From NCBI GenBank assembly GCA_017409215.1, contig JAFQTD010000007.1, positions 6,850-70,849 of the forward strand: 64,000 bases of DNA, given 5' to 3'. Below the pieces are notes generated by a model. That model did not search any database. It had not been told where the DNA came from and saw only the letters and a list, made by a program, of their open reading frames with translations. This DNA comes from Alphaproteobacteria bacterium (GTDB taxonomy: Bacteria > Pseudomonadota > Alphaproteobacteria > Rs-D84). The translations under genes were made by a program, and so were the position numbers. Below are positions 56,375 to 64,000 of the stretch, piece after piece. The stretch's first letter is position 1; each line of letters begins with the position of its first letter.

Positions 56375-57173
56375 TTTTAGCTGTACCAATTCCACGTTTT
56401 GAACGATTTTCTATAAAATCTATGGCATCCATCGCGTATTTATTATTTTTCACTTCTTTTCTAATTTTTGCCAATCTGTCTGCCACTGTACCGTCGCCAC
56501 CGCTAAATACAGCAGAATATACAGAATGAATTGCATGCATATCTTCGTTTGTGAATCCATGTCGCATCAATCCAACGCGATTAATTGTACGGTATACTGC
56601 ACGATTTCCATCATATATTGCATATGGCAACACATCATTACCAACACCAGACATACCACCAATAAATGCATTACGTCCAATACGTGCAAATTGCAACACC
56701 ATTGTTCCACCAGACAATATTGCAAAATCTTCGATTTCAACATGCCCTGCGACTTGGACCAAGTTTGACATTACAACACTATTTCCAATCTTGCAATCAT
56801 GCCCGACATGTGCATTAACCATAATTTGACAATCATCACCAATAACCGTCCCATCTGACGCAGGTGTCCCCGAATGAATTGTCACATATTCGCGTATTCT
56901 GCACCGCTTGCCGATACGCAACCCTGTCATAGTCGCTTCGTCCTGCCATTTCAGGTCCTGACTCATTACCCCCAGAACCGCGAATGGATAAACAATAGAA
57001 TCATCACCAATGGATGTTTTTCCATCAATAACAACGTGTGAAACCAATTCGACCCTGTCGCCCAAGACAACATTTGCCCCGACAACACAATACGGGCCAA
57101 TTTTACAATCTGCGCCCAATTTCGCCCCATCATGAACGATTGCAGTTGGATGTATTTGCATAACTAAACTCAC
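56364..57173 (-). CDS. lpxA: acyl-ACP--UDP-N-acetylglucosamine O-acyltransferase
   Basis: IHPTAIVHDGAKLGADCKIGPYCVVG hexapeptide repeats. NAHVGHDCKIGN. Confidence 0.92.
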   Translation of the reverse strand: MSLVMQIHPTAIVHDGAKLGADCKIGPYCVVGANVVLGDRVELVSHVVIDGKTSIGDDSIVYPFAVLGVMSQDLKWQDEATMTGLRIGKRCRIREYVTIHSGTPASDGTVIGDDCQIMVNAHVGHDCKIGNSVVMSNLVQVAGHVEIEDFAILSGGTMVLQFARIGRNAFIGGMSGVGNDVLPYAIYDGNRAVYRTINRVGLMRHGFTNEDMHAIHSVYSAVFSGGDGTVADRLAKIRKEVKNNKYAMDAIDFIENRSKRGIGTAKNAE

Positions 57174-57242
57174 TTTTTATATTAATCGTACGCAAAATAT
57201 ACACCATTTATGCAGAAATTTGTATTCAAGAAATATAACAAA

Positions 57243-58229
57243 TTATAACAACGCCTTAAAATCCCGCCAAAATTCTGACACAGAATGCTTACCCCAGCAC
57301 AGTATTCCGATAACAGAAATTACTGGCATAACAGTTATCACACCAAACAAAAACAGCGCCAGCGCAAACAACTGTTTACCCATATCTGGCGATATTTTTT
57401 CTTGATGTCGCACCGACAAAACAAACCAGACTGCAAACAACGCCAGCACCGCAAAGAAAATCGGCAAACCTTCGGTCAAAACAAAGAAAGACGCAGCCAA
57501 CAATGCAAACGTACGCATTAACCATTTTAGTTTGACATACGTTGACCGCTTAATTTTACCGCGCGCCCGAATATTTTTCACGCACAGCGCCCCAACCAGC
57601 ACAAACGCAAACAGCAAAACCGTTCCCAAATGCGCCACTGTTAAATTACCCAACTGTCCAAATCTAAAAAATTCGGGTTGCATCAAAATCGCCGACACAA
57701 CCAGCAACATAATAACACTGATTACAGAAACACTATTGAATCTATTCATTGTCAACCGTCCAACAATTCCGCCACATATCACAGCCCCGACTTGTAATAA
57801 CGGCCCCCACCAGGTATGCATATCCGACATCAACAATGCCAACACACAAACCAGCGCACCCAACCACCACAACTTACCTTTACCAATCAAATCAATGCGC
57901 TTTACGCACCCGAACAAAACAACACTGCACAAAAATAATATCGTCGCACATACAAACGGCAACACAGTTGCATTATCGCGTATAACCGCATAATTTCCAC
58001 CCATCAAAACAACCCAGACCGCGACCAGACCAACAACCCATGGCACAGATTTTTCGACAATATTCCCCGAATTCCACTTTAAATATGACCTTAACGTATC
58101 TGCACAAACAAACGCAATAACAAACAAAGGCAACGCCAATACCGCATACCACAAAAACGCAGGCGCCAATAATGCCGCATTATTAAACGCACTGATTGCA
58201 CTTTGCACAACAATAACATCTTCTAACAT
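57243..58229 (-). CDS. hypothetical polytopic membrane protein
   Basis: About 9 hydrophobic helices. ATG 58229 avoids the head-to-head overlap that the 58277 start would create with 58270. Confidence 0.6.
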   Translation of the reverse strand: MLEDVIVVQSAISAFNNAALLAPAFLWYAVLALPLFVIAFVCADTLRSYLKWNSGNIVEKSVPWVVGLVAVWVVLMGGNYAVIRDNATVLPFVCATILFLCSVVLFGCVKRIDLIGKGKLWWLGALVCVLALLMSDMHTWWGPLLQVGAVICGGIVGRLTMNRFNSVSVISVIMLLVVSAILMQPEFFRFGQLGNLTVAHLGTVLLFAFVLVGALCVKNIRARGKIKRSTYVKLKWLMRTFALLAASFFVLTEGLPIFFAVLALFAVWFVLSVRHQEKISPDMGKQLFALALFLFGVITVMPVISVIGILCWGKHSVSEFWRDFKALL

Positions 58230-58269
58230 ATACTTGCCTTTTACTTTTATTGATTTATTATAAATAGCA

Positions 58270-58953
58270 ATGAGCATAAAACAAGAATTTTTTACACTTT
58301 TGGGCGGTCGCGTAAAAATGCGTCACAGCCAATACAATCCAACATCTGATGCGGTATGGTTGGCATCATTTGCCCCAACATCTGCAAAAACAGTTCTTGA
58401 CGTTGGTATTGGCAGCGGTGGTGTTTCACTGTGCCTGTTGCAACACAATCTGCACGCACAAATCACAGGTCTGGATTTATCACGTGATATGCTGGATATA
58501 TGTGAACAGAATGCACAATTAAACAACGCGCAGCTTCACCTAATCCAAGACGACATAACAACCTGGCGCACAGACGAAACATTTGATTTGGTTATAACGA
58601 ATCCACCATATTTCTATGGCACCCCCGCCAAACACAATGCGCACCACAACACAGACCTACGGCTATGGGTATCACGTTGCATATCCAGGGTACGCCCAAT
58701 GGGTACATTTTGCATAATAACAGATGCCGCGACAACTGCGACTGTGATTGCAGAAATGGCAAAAAAACTTGGCGACATACAGATATTACCCTTATTTGGT
58801 GCCAAAGACACAGCCGAACGGGTATTAATATCGGGCCGTTTGGGCACACGTGGGGTAAGTGTACTACATCGCGGTCTGCCAATGAACACACGCCAGATAT
58901 TATGGGACGGCTTGACTGTTGCAGATTTTTTGTCTAAACTATCACAACAATGA
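58270..58953 (+). CDS. SAM-dependent N6-adenine methyltransferase (TrmN6/YfiC-like)
   Basis: Motif I VLDVGIGSGGVSL. Motif IV VITNPPYF. Confidence 0.75.
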   Translation: MSIKQEFFTLLGGRVKMRHSQYNPTSDAVWLASFAPTSAKTVLDVGIGSGGVSLCLLQHNLHAQITGLDLSRDMLDICEQNAQLNNAQLHLIQDDITTWRTDETFDLVITNPPYFYGTPAKHNAHHNTDLRLWVSRCISRVRPMGTFCIITDAATTATVIAEMAKKLGDIQILPLFGAKDTAERVLISGRLGTRGVSVLHRGLPMNTRQILWDGLTVADFLSKLSQQ

Positions 58954-60227
58954 TAAATTTTATAACCAGATATTTTACATCACTATGGGCGTTTATAACA
59001 TCGCCATTTCGTGCAATATGGCGCGTAATTGTTCGCATATTTCCCCCACGCGAATTTACAGTAATGGACACACCACGTGGTAATGTATACACCTATGAAC
59101 AAAGCAGTTTTTGGCGTTTCACCCGATTTGTTGGCAAGGTTGGCCTGATTTTATGGGCATTATGGTCAACATATGTATTTGTTTATCACCGTCCATTATT
59201 ACAAACGCGCACCCAGCAACTGGAATCAGAACGCGAAACCCATTCCAGACATATGACAGATTTACAAACATACCTGACTAAGTTTAATAATCTGGCGCGC
59301 GATTTAAATGTAATTGACGACAAGATTCTAAACACCCCCAACATAAAACAGGATGAAAAAGAAAAATTAATGAACAGCCGTATCAAGACCTGGGGTGAAC
59401 TGGACTTTCTGCGTACCCGCATCACCGAAATGTTAAAGAACGAAGACTATACCGCAGAATACACTAAACTATCTGAATTGTCTGCCGAATATGAATTAAC
59501 ACGTGCTGAAAACGAAGAACTAAAGCGTCGCAACACAAAATTGATTGAATCAATGGGCGAAATTGCCAGCGCAGATAATATTCTGGTTGAACGCATAGAA
59601 ACCCTAACAAAAGACAACACTGGCGAACTGCAAAAGAATATAAAGCGCATAAACAGCACACTTGCATCACTTGGCCTGACACAAAAGACCCTTTTACGCA
59701 ACGCAAACAAATACACAAATCCACTTGTTGGTTCTGTATTTTCACCAATTGAATTTGACAAAGAAATGGACGACAAATACCAGAAACTGGCGGATGGACT
59801 GGAACATTGGAACGGACTAAAGCGTCTGAACGAAATTTTACCACTTGGCAAACCTGTAAAATCCCGCATAACATCTGAATATGGCACACGCAACGACCCA
59901 TTCACTGGCAAGCCTAAAAAACATCGTGGCATAGACTTTGCGGGCAAAATCGGCACAGAATTAATGGCGGTTGCCCCTGGTCGCGTTGTTTCTGCTGGGG
60001 AACGCGTTGGCTATGGCACGACGGTTGAAATTGATCATGGGCTTGGGTTTTCAACATTATACGCGCACTTATCACAAATAATTGTTTCGCGTGGCGACTG
60101 GGTACGTCCGGGGACAGTTATTGGTCTGGCGGGTTCATCTGGTCGTTCAACCGGCCCACATCTGCACTATGAAATCAGGTACAAAGGCGCACCCTTTGAC
60201 CCAACAAAATTTGTAAAGGACGAATAA
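58950..60227 (+). CDS. M23 family metallopeptidase with N-terminal TM helix and coiled coil
   Basis: HRGIDFAG, TVEIDHG, GSSGRSTGPHLHYEI (LytM-type HxxxD / HxH). Confidence 0.88.
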   Translation: MINFITRYFTSLWAFITSPFRAIWRVIVRIFPPREFTVMDTPRGNVYTYEQSSFWRFTRFVGKVGLILWALWSTYVFVYHRPLLQTRTQQLESERETHSRHMTDLQTYLTKFNNLARDLNVIDDKILNTPNIKQDEKEKLMNSRIKTWGELDFLRTRITEMLKNEDYTAEYTKLSELSAEYELTRAENEELKRRNTKLIESMGEIASADNILVERIETLTKDNTGELQKNIKRINSTLASLGLTQKTLLRNANKYTNPLVGSVFSPIEFDKEMDDKYQKLADGLEHWNGLKRLNEILPLGKPVKSRITSEYGTRNDPFTGKPKKHRGIDFAGKIGTELMAVAPGRVVSAGERVGYGTTVEIDHGLGFSTLYAHLSQIIVSRGDWVRPGTVIGLAGSSGRSTGPHLHYEIRYKGAPFDPTKFVKDE

Positions 60228-60231
60228 AACA

Positions 60232-60603
60232 ATGCTAGCATTTACAAACTCTACTGAAAAGCAATCACCAACTGTCATCGGGGCAGGGTGCAAATTAACA
60301 GGCAACATCAAGACAGACCACACCGTTCAAATTCATGGCGAAGTCATTGGCGACATTGTCGCAGAAACGGTTGTAATCGGGCGTGGCGGACATGTTATTG
60401 GCGAAATAAAAACCCCTGTATTATTTTTGCATGGCGCACTTGACGGCAGTGCAACAGTAAACACTGCAAACATCTTTAACGCGGCCAAGATGACCGGCAC
60501 ATTAACATATCGCACACTGAACATCACCGGCAACACTGGTTTGGAATGCAAACTTGAAAAACACACATATTCAACAAATACTACAGGAGAGAACAATGAA
60601 TAA
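60232..60603 (+). CDS. bactofilin family cytoskeletal protein
   Basis: Beta-helical repeats VIGAGCKLTGNIKTDHTVQIHGEVIGDIVAETVVIGRGGHVIGEI. Confidence 0.8.
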   Translation: MLAFTNSTEKQSPTVIGAGCKLTGNIKTDHTVQIHGEVIGDIVAETVVIGRGGHVIGEIKTPVLFLHGALDGSATVNTANIFNAAKMTGTLTYRTLNITGNTGLECKLEKHTYSTNTTGENNE

Positions 60604-61042
60604 AACCGTATCCAAAGTTTTTATTGCTGCCGACCATCGTGGGGCAGGGCTAAAATTATACTTAATTGAAATGTTGTCTGCGTTGGGATACAACGTTGTA
60701 AATTTGGGGGTTGACAATCCAAACACATCTGTTGATTACCCAGATATTGCGGCGACCCTTGCCGATGCTATGATTGACGACCCAGAATCGCGTGGCATTA
60801 TCATCTGTGGCACAGGTGCCGGTGTAATGATTGCTGCGAACAGATATCGCCACATACGCGCATCGCGTTGCGACAATCCATCTCAGGCACGCGACGACCG
60901 TTTTCACGACGACATAAACGTTTTGGCATTGGCGGCAGACGATTTAGACATCGAAGTTGCCTTTTTATGCGCACAAACATTCTTGGAAAGTCCATTTGAC
61001 GCAGTTGAACGTCGCATCCGCAGAATCGAAAAGATTTCATAG
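60596..61042 (+). CDS. rpiB: ribose-5-phosphate isomerase B
   Basis: KVFIAADHRGAGLK and IIICGTGAGVMIAANR. ATG 60596 overlaps the bactofilin stop (ATGAATAA). Confidence 0.9.
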   Translation: MNKTVSKVFIAADHRGAGLKLYLIEMLSALGYNVVNLGVDNPNTSVDYPDIAATLADAMIDDPESRGIIICGTGAGVMIAANRYRHIRASRCDNPSQARDDRFHDDINVLALAADDLDIEVAFLCAQTFLESPFDAVERRIRRIEKIS

Positions 61043-61065
61043 CCGCAACCACAAGGACACGCAAT

Positions 61066-61518
61066 ATGAAAACTATTTTCCAAGTATACGACATTACACA
61101 GGCCATACTTACCAATAAATTCATTGACATTCAAAACACCAGCGAAACATACAAAACCAGTTATCGCATTGAATCTGCACACCCTGCGTATGGCACACTT
61201 GTTTTAATCATAGAGGCACCACATGGCGCCCCCGAATGGAATATGTCAGATGAATTGTGGCTGGAAAAAGAGGGCATAATTGATTTATACCATAACAAAC
61301 GATATCTTTTCAGTGCATACACCAAACACAATGTTGGTCGCGCCTTTGACAGGTCAAAATACAATCCCATCAGTATATTTACACGTGCGCGCGCGCCACT
61401 GTTCTTTCACCTGTTAAATATGGCACACGACCGCCTGCACGACAGGGTTGAAAAAACCAACAACACACAACAAATCACCCAGTTGTTAAAAACACTAACC
61501 ACCACAAAACAAAAATAA
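61066..61518 (+). CDS. hypothetical protein (150 aa)
   Basis: ATG ORF followed by hairpin 61539-61562. No motif recognised. Confidence 0.5.
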   Translation: MKTIFQVYDITQAILTNKFIDIQNTSETYKTSYRIESAHPAYGTLVLIIEAPHGAPEWNMSDELWLEKEGIIDLYHNKRYLFSAYTKHNVGRAFDRSKYNPISIFTRARAPLFFHLLNMAHDRLHDRVEKTNNTQQITQLLKTLTTTKQK

Positions 61519-61678
61519 AATATAACAATCATAAAAATCCCCCAACAAATTCTGTCTGGGGGTATTTTATTATCGTTGTTCTTGTGATGAATACGTTATT
61601 TCTTTATTCATTTTGATTTTTCTGCATTTTTGTGATAATCTTAACCTGACAATCCTAAGATAATAAAAGGGTTTTATT

Positions 61679-62284
61679 ATGGCATTAAATTTATTAAATG
61701 ATTATGCATTAAATGATTTCTTAACCGACATTTCATTCCAAGGCAACCCACAGATAGCCAACCAAGGATTACATGGCGAATTCGAAAGTGTTGATTATGT
61801 TGTCGCAAATCGCGACACTATTGTACGCGGTATTCTAAATCAATACATCAAACTGCGCGTTCGTAATTATATCTTGGCCCAAGAAAACGAGCCTGCATTT
61901 ATACCTGTAAAAGATTCTGCAAATCTACCGAACTGGGCCCAGACACTGTTATCACGTGGCGAACAAGTCTATCAATTTGATGGTGCAAAAATGTCAGACA
62001 GGTTAAAAAACGATATTACGACTGTGCGTGATTACCTGTATGATGTCGCCACAATGTATGTGGACAAAGTTATAAAAATCGCAGAAAACACAAAACAAAA
62101 ACCCAAAATCAGATACGATTATTTAAAAACAACAAACGAATATAATACTTTTGAACAGGCATTATCTGCCGCACAAGAATGGCACGAAAAACTGGCAGAA
62201 AATATTGCAAAAAAAACAAAAGGCGCAACAGATTTTAAGCAAATCTTTAATTGGTGCAGAATTTGTTATGAATTTACCAAATAA
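61679..62284 (+). CDS. N-terminal part of a PcfJ-like protein (201-aa ORF ending shortly after an A8 tract)
   Basis: Preceded by an extended -10 TGtGATAAT (61631-39) and AAGGG SD. Runs into the A8 tract at 62209-62216 and stops 68 nt later. Confidence 0.55.
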   Translation: MALNLLNDYALNDFLTDISFQGNPQIANQGLHGEFESVDYVVANRDTIVRGILNQYIKLRVRNYILAQENEPAFIPVKDSANLPNWAQTLLSRGEQVYQFDGAKMSDRLKNDITTVRDYLYDVATMYVDKVIKIAENTKQKPKIRYDYLKTTNEYNTFEQALSAAQEWHEKLAENIAKKTKGATDFKQIFNWCRICYEFTK

Positions 62285-63287
62285 TATGACGGCATATCGC
62301 CTGACCACGCCAGAGGCACTAGATTTTGAAAGCGAATATATGGGACATTGTGTGGGCAGTGGTGGCTATGATGAAAACGTCAAAAATGGCACAACGCAAA
62401 TATATTCAATCCGCGATGAACGTGGTGAACCACACGCTACTTTTGAGGTCAGAAACAACACAATTCAACAATGCAAGGGTAAACAAAACAAAGCACCCGT
62501 CGCAAAATATATGCCCGCGATTCAAGAATTTATAAAATCAAAAAAATTTGAACTGGGTGGCGATACAAAAAACACCGGATTGATTGAACAAGACGGTGAA
62601 TATTACAGCATACTGCACCTACCGCGTAATTTTGTGTTTCGTGGCAATTTAGATTTGTCTAATATGGGGTTAACAGAACTGCCTGACATGTCGACCGTAA
62701 CGATTCTGGGAAGTTTTACTTGCTACCACAACCAATTAACCAGCCTGATGGGCGCACCAGAAAACGTTGGCGGGAATTTTAATTGCAGCCACACCCAATT
62801 AACCAGCCTGATGGGCGCACCAAAACATGTTGGCGGGGATTTTAATTGCAGCCACAACCAATTAACCAACCTGACAGGTGCACCAAAACATGTTGGCGGG
62901 AAATTTTATTGCGTCCACAACCAATTAACCAGCCTGATGGGCGCACCAGAAAACGTTGGCGATAATTTTGATTGCGATCATAACCAATTAACCAGCCTGA
63001 CAGGTGCACCAAAAGAAGTCGGCAGGAGCTTTTATTGCGACCACAACCAATTAACCAGCCTGATGGGCGCACCAGAAAACGTTGGCAGGGATTTTGATTG
63101 CGGCCACAACCAATTAACCAGCCTGATGGGTGTACCTGAAAAAATAGGAGGAAAAATAATATCAGACGGAAATCCATTAACGCCAGAAAATTCAAAGATA
63201 AATGCTTTTAGGCAAGGAATCAAAAACGTACCAACCCCAACCAAAGAACACACCATCATTCGTTTTGATGACAACCATGAAATATAA
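62268..63287 (+). CDS. PcfJ-like domain fused to seven 20-aa leucine-rich repeats (frame open from 62151; first ATG at 62268)
   Basis: LTTPEALDFESEYMGHCVGSGGYDENVKNGTTQIYSIRDERGEPHATFEVRNNTIQQCKGKQN resembles the PcfJ-like core. Followed by FxCxHNQLTSLxGAPxxVGxx seven times. Confidence 0.7.
   Translation: MNLPNNMTAYRLTTPEALDFESEYMGHCVGSGGYDENVKNGTTQIYSIRDERGEPHATFEVRNNTIQQCKGKQNKAPVAKYMPAIQEFIKSKKFELGGDTKNTGLIEQDGEYYSILHLPRNFVFRGNLDLSNMGLTELPDMSTVTILGSFTCYHNQLTSLMGAPENVGGNFNCSHTQLTSLMGAPKHVGGDFNCSHNQLTNLTGAPKHVGGKFYCVHNQLTSLMGAPENVGDNFDCDHNQLTSLTGAPKEVGRSFYCDHNQLTSLMGAPENVGRDFDCGHNQLTSLMGVPEKIGGKIISDGNPLTPENSKINAFRQGIKNVPTPTKEHTIIRFDDNHEI
62715..63134 (+). repeat. seven in-frame 60-bp tandem repeats encoding 20-aa LRR units
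   Basis: caaccaattaaccagcctgatgggcgcaccagaaaacgttggc recurs with 60-nt periodicity. Confidence 0.9.
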
Positions 63288-63311
63288 AAAATGCCCAAAC
63301 GGGCATTTTTT
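63286..63311. terminator. bidirectional terminator hairpin
   Basis: aaaaa-atgccc-aaac-gggcat-ttttt between convergent 62268-63287 and leuS. Same hairpin as 12074-12089. Confidence 0.75.
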
Positions 63312-64000
63312 ATTTCTTAACTACAAAGTTCACCAACTTTTTCGGCACAACAATTGTTTTGATAATTTCTGCGCCTTGTAATTTCTTGTCTACTGCCACG
63401 CGTGCCTGTGCGACAATCGTCGCCTGATCCGCATCTGACGCGACAACAAATTCAGCAGCGCGCTTGCCATTAATCGATGCAACAATTGTAATTTCTGTAT
63501 CAACTAACTTTGCAGAATCAAATGTCGGCCATGGTTGAAACACCAGCATTTCGTTATGTCCCAACTTTTCCCACATTTCTTCGGTCAGGTGTGGTGCAAA
63601 CGGATTCAACATCTGCAACAAAACCTCATACGCAGGGCGGGGCATAGTACCACCAAACGCGTTGATATATTCCATCATTGCAGAAATTGCTGTATTAAAT
63701 TTCATATTTTCCAATCTGTCTGTAATATCTGCAATCAGACGATTAACCAAACGTTCTTGCTGTGCAGTCAATGCATCTTCTGTCAAATTACCCGCCAGAT
63801 TTTCCACACGTTTCAAGAACCGTTCAACACCACGCAAAGTATCTTCGGACCAGTTCGCACTTTGTTCCCATGGCCCCAGATACAAAATCGCCATACGACA
63901 TGCATCCGCACCACTGCGTTCAACAACATCAGAACTTGGCACTGTATTACCGCGCGACTTTGACATTTTTGAACCATCTGCCGCCATAATCAGACCATTA
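63310..64000 (-). CDS. leuS: leucyl-tRNA synthetase, C-terminal part (continues beyond window)
   Basis: KMSKSRGN class I signature near the window edge. Anticodon-binding and C-terminal domains follow. Confidence 0.9.
   Translation of the reverse strand, partial: NGLIMAADGSKMSKSRGNTVPSSDVVERSGADACRMAILYLGPWEQSANWSEDTLRGVERFLKRVENLAGNLTEDALTAQQERLVNRLIADITDRLENMKFNTAISAMMEYINAFGGTMPRPAYEVLLQMLNPFAPHLTEEMWEKLGHNEMLVFQPWPTFDSAKLVDTEITIVASINGKRAAEFVVASDADQATIVAQARVAVDKKLQGAEIIKTIVVPKKLVNFVVKK

Overview
AT-rich chromosomal segment that looks alphaproteobacterial: it carries GcrA, an AddA-type helicase, a ybgC-tolQ-tolR-tolA block and an RpoH-style dnaK promoter. No integrase, transposase, phage gene, CRISPR array or rRNA was recognised. 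Core genes: addA (split into two frames), recN, xseA, tsaD, pfk, dnaK, rpsP-rimM-trmD-rplS, ybgC-tolQRA, rlpA, ruvB, an OmpR/EnvZ-like two-component pair, rplM-rpsI, tig, gcrA, lpxA-lpxB, an M23 peptidase with bactofilin, rpiB, and the 3' end of leuS. RNA genes: tRNA-Gly(CCC), a four-tRNA cluster (Leu-CAG, Ala-CGC, Leu-TAA, Val-CAC) and RNase P RNA. Many genes end in strong, similar hairpin terminators. Between the core blocks lies a large set of lineage-specific, signal-peptide-bearing, often cysteine-rich proteins. The main item is a 3482-aa secreted giant (21503-31951, minus). It combines a PKD-like plus BspA-type LRR module, about ten Listeria-Bacteroides (InlB B-repeat type) repeats including three near-identical 249-bp tandem copies, and about 1600 aa of eukaryote-like CXXC repeats. 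Its N-terminal module has a paralog in a separate 402-aa gene (40129-41337). That gene sits behind a leader with mutually exclusive hairpins. Other points of interest: two copies of the tRNA-Gly 3' end embedded in identical 62-nt units; a PcfJ-like protein fused to seven near-identical 20-aa LRRs and split by an A8 tract; three small 4-Cys ORFs inside the S16-RimM-TrmD-L19 operon; a translationally coupled pair of glycine-zipper-like proteins; an operon of four unknown secreted proteins after an orphan prepilin peptidase; and a promoter-like block shared by the two-component operon and a 952-aa Cys-rich secreted protein. All family assignments come from motif recognition by eye, with no searches run.
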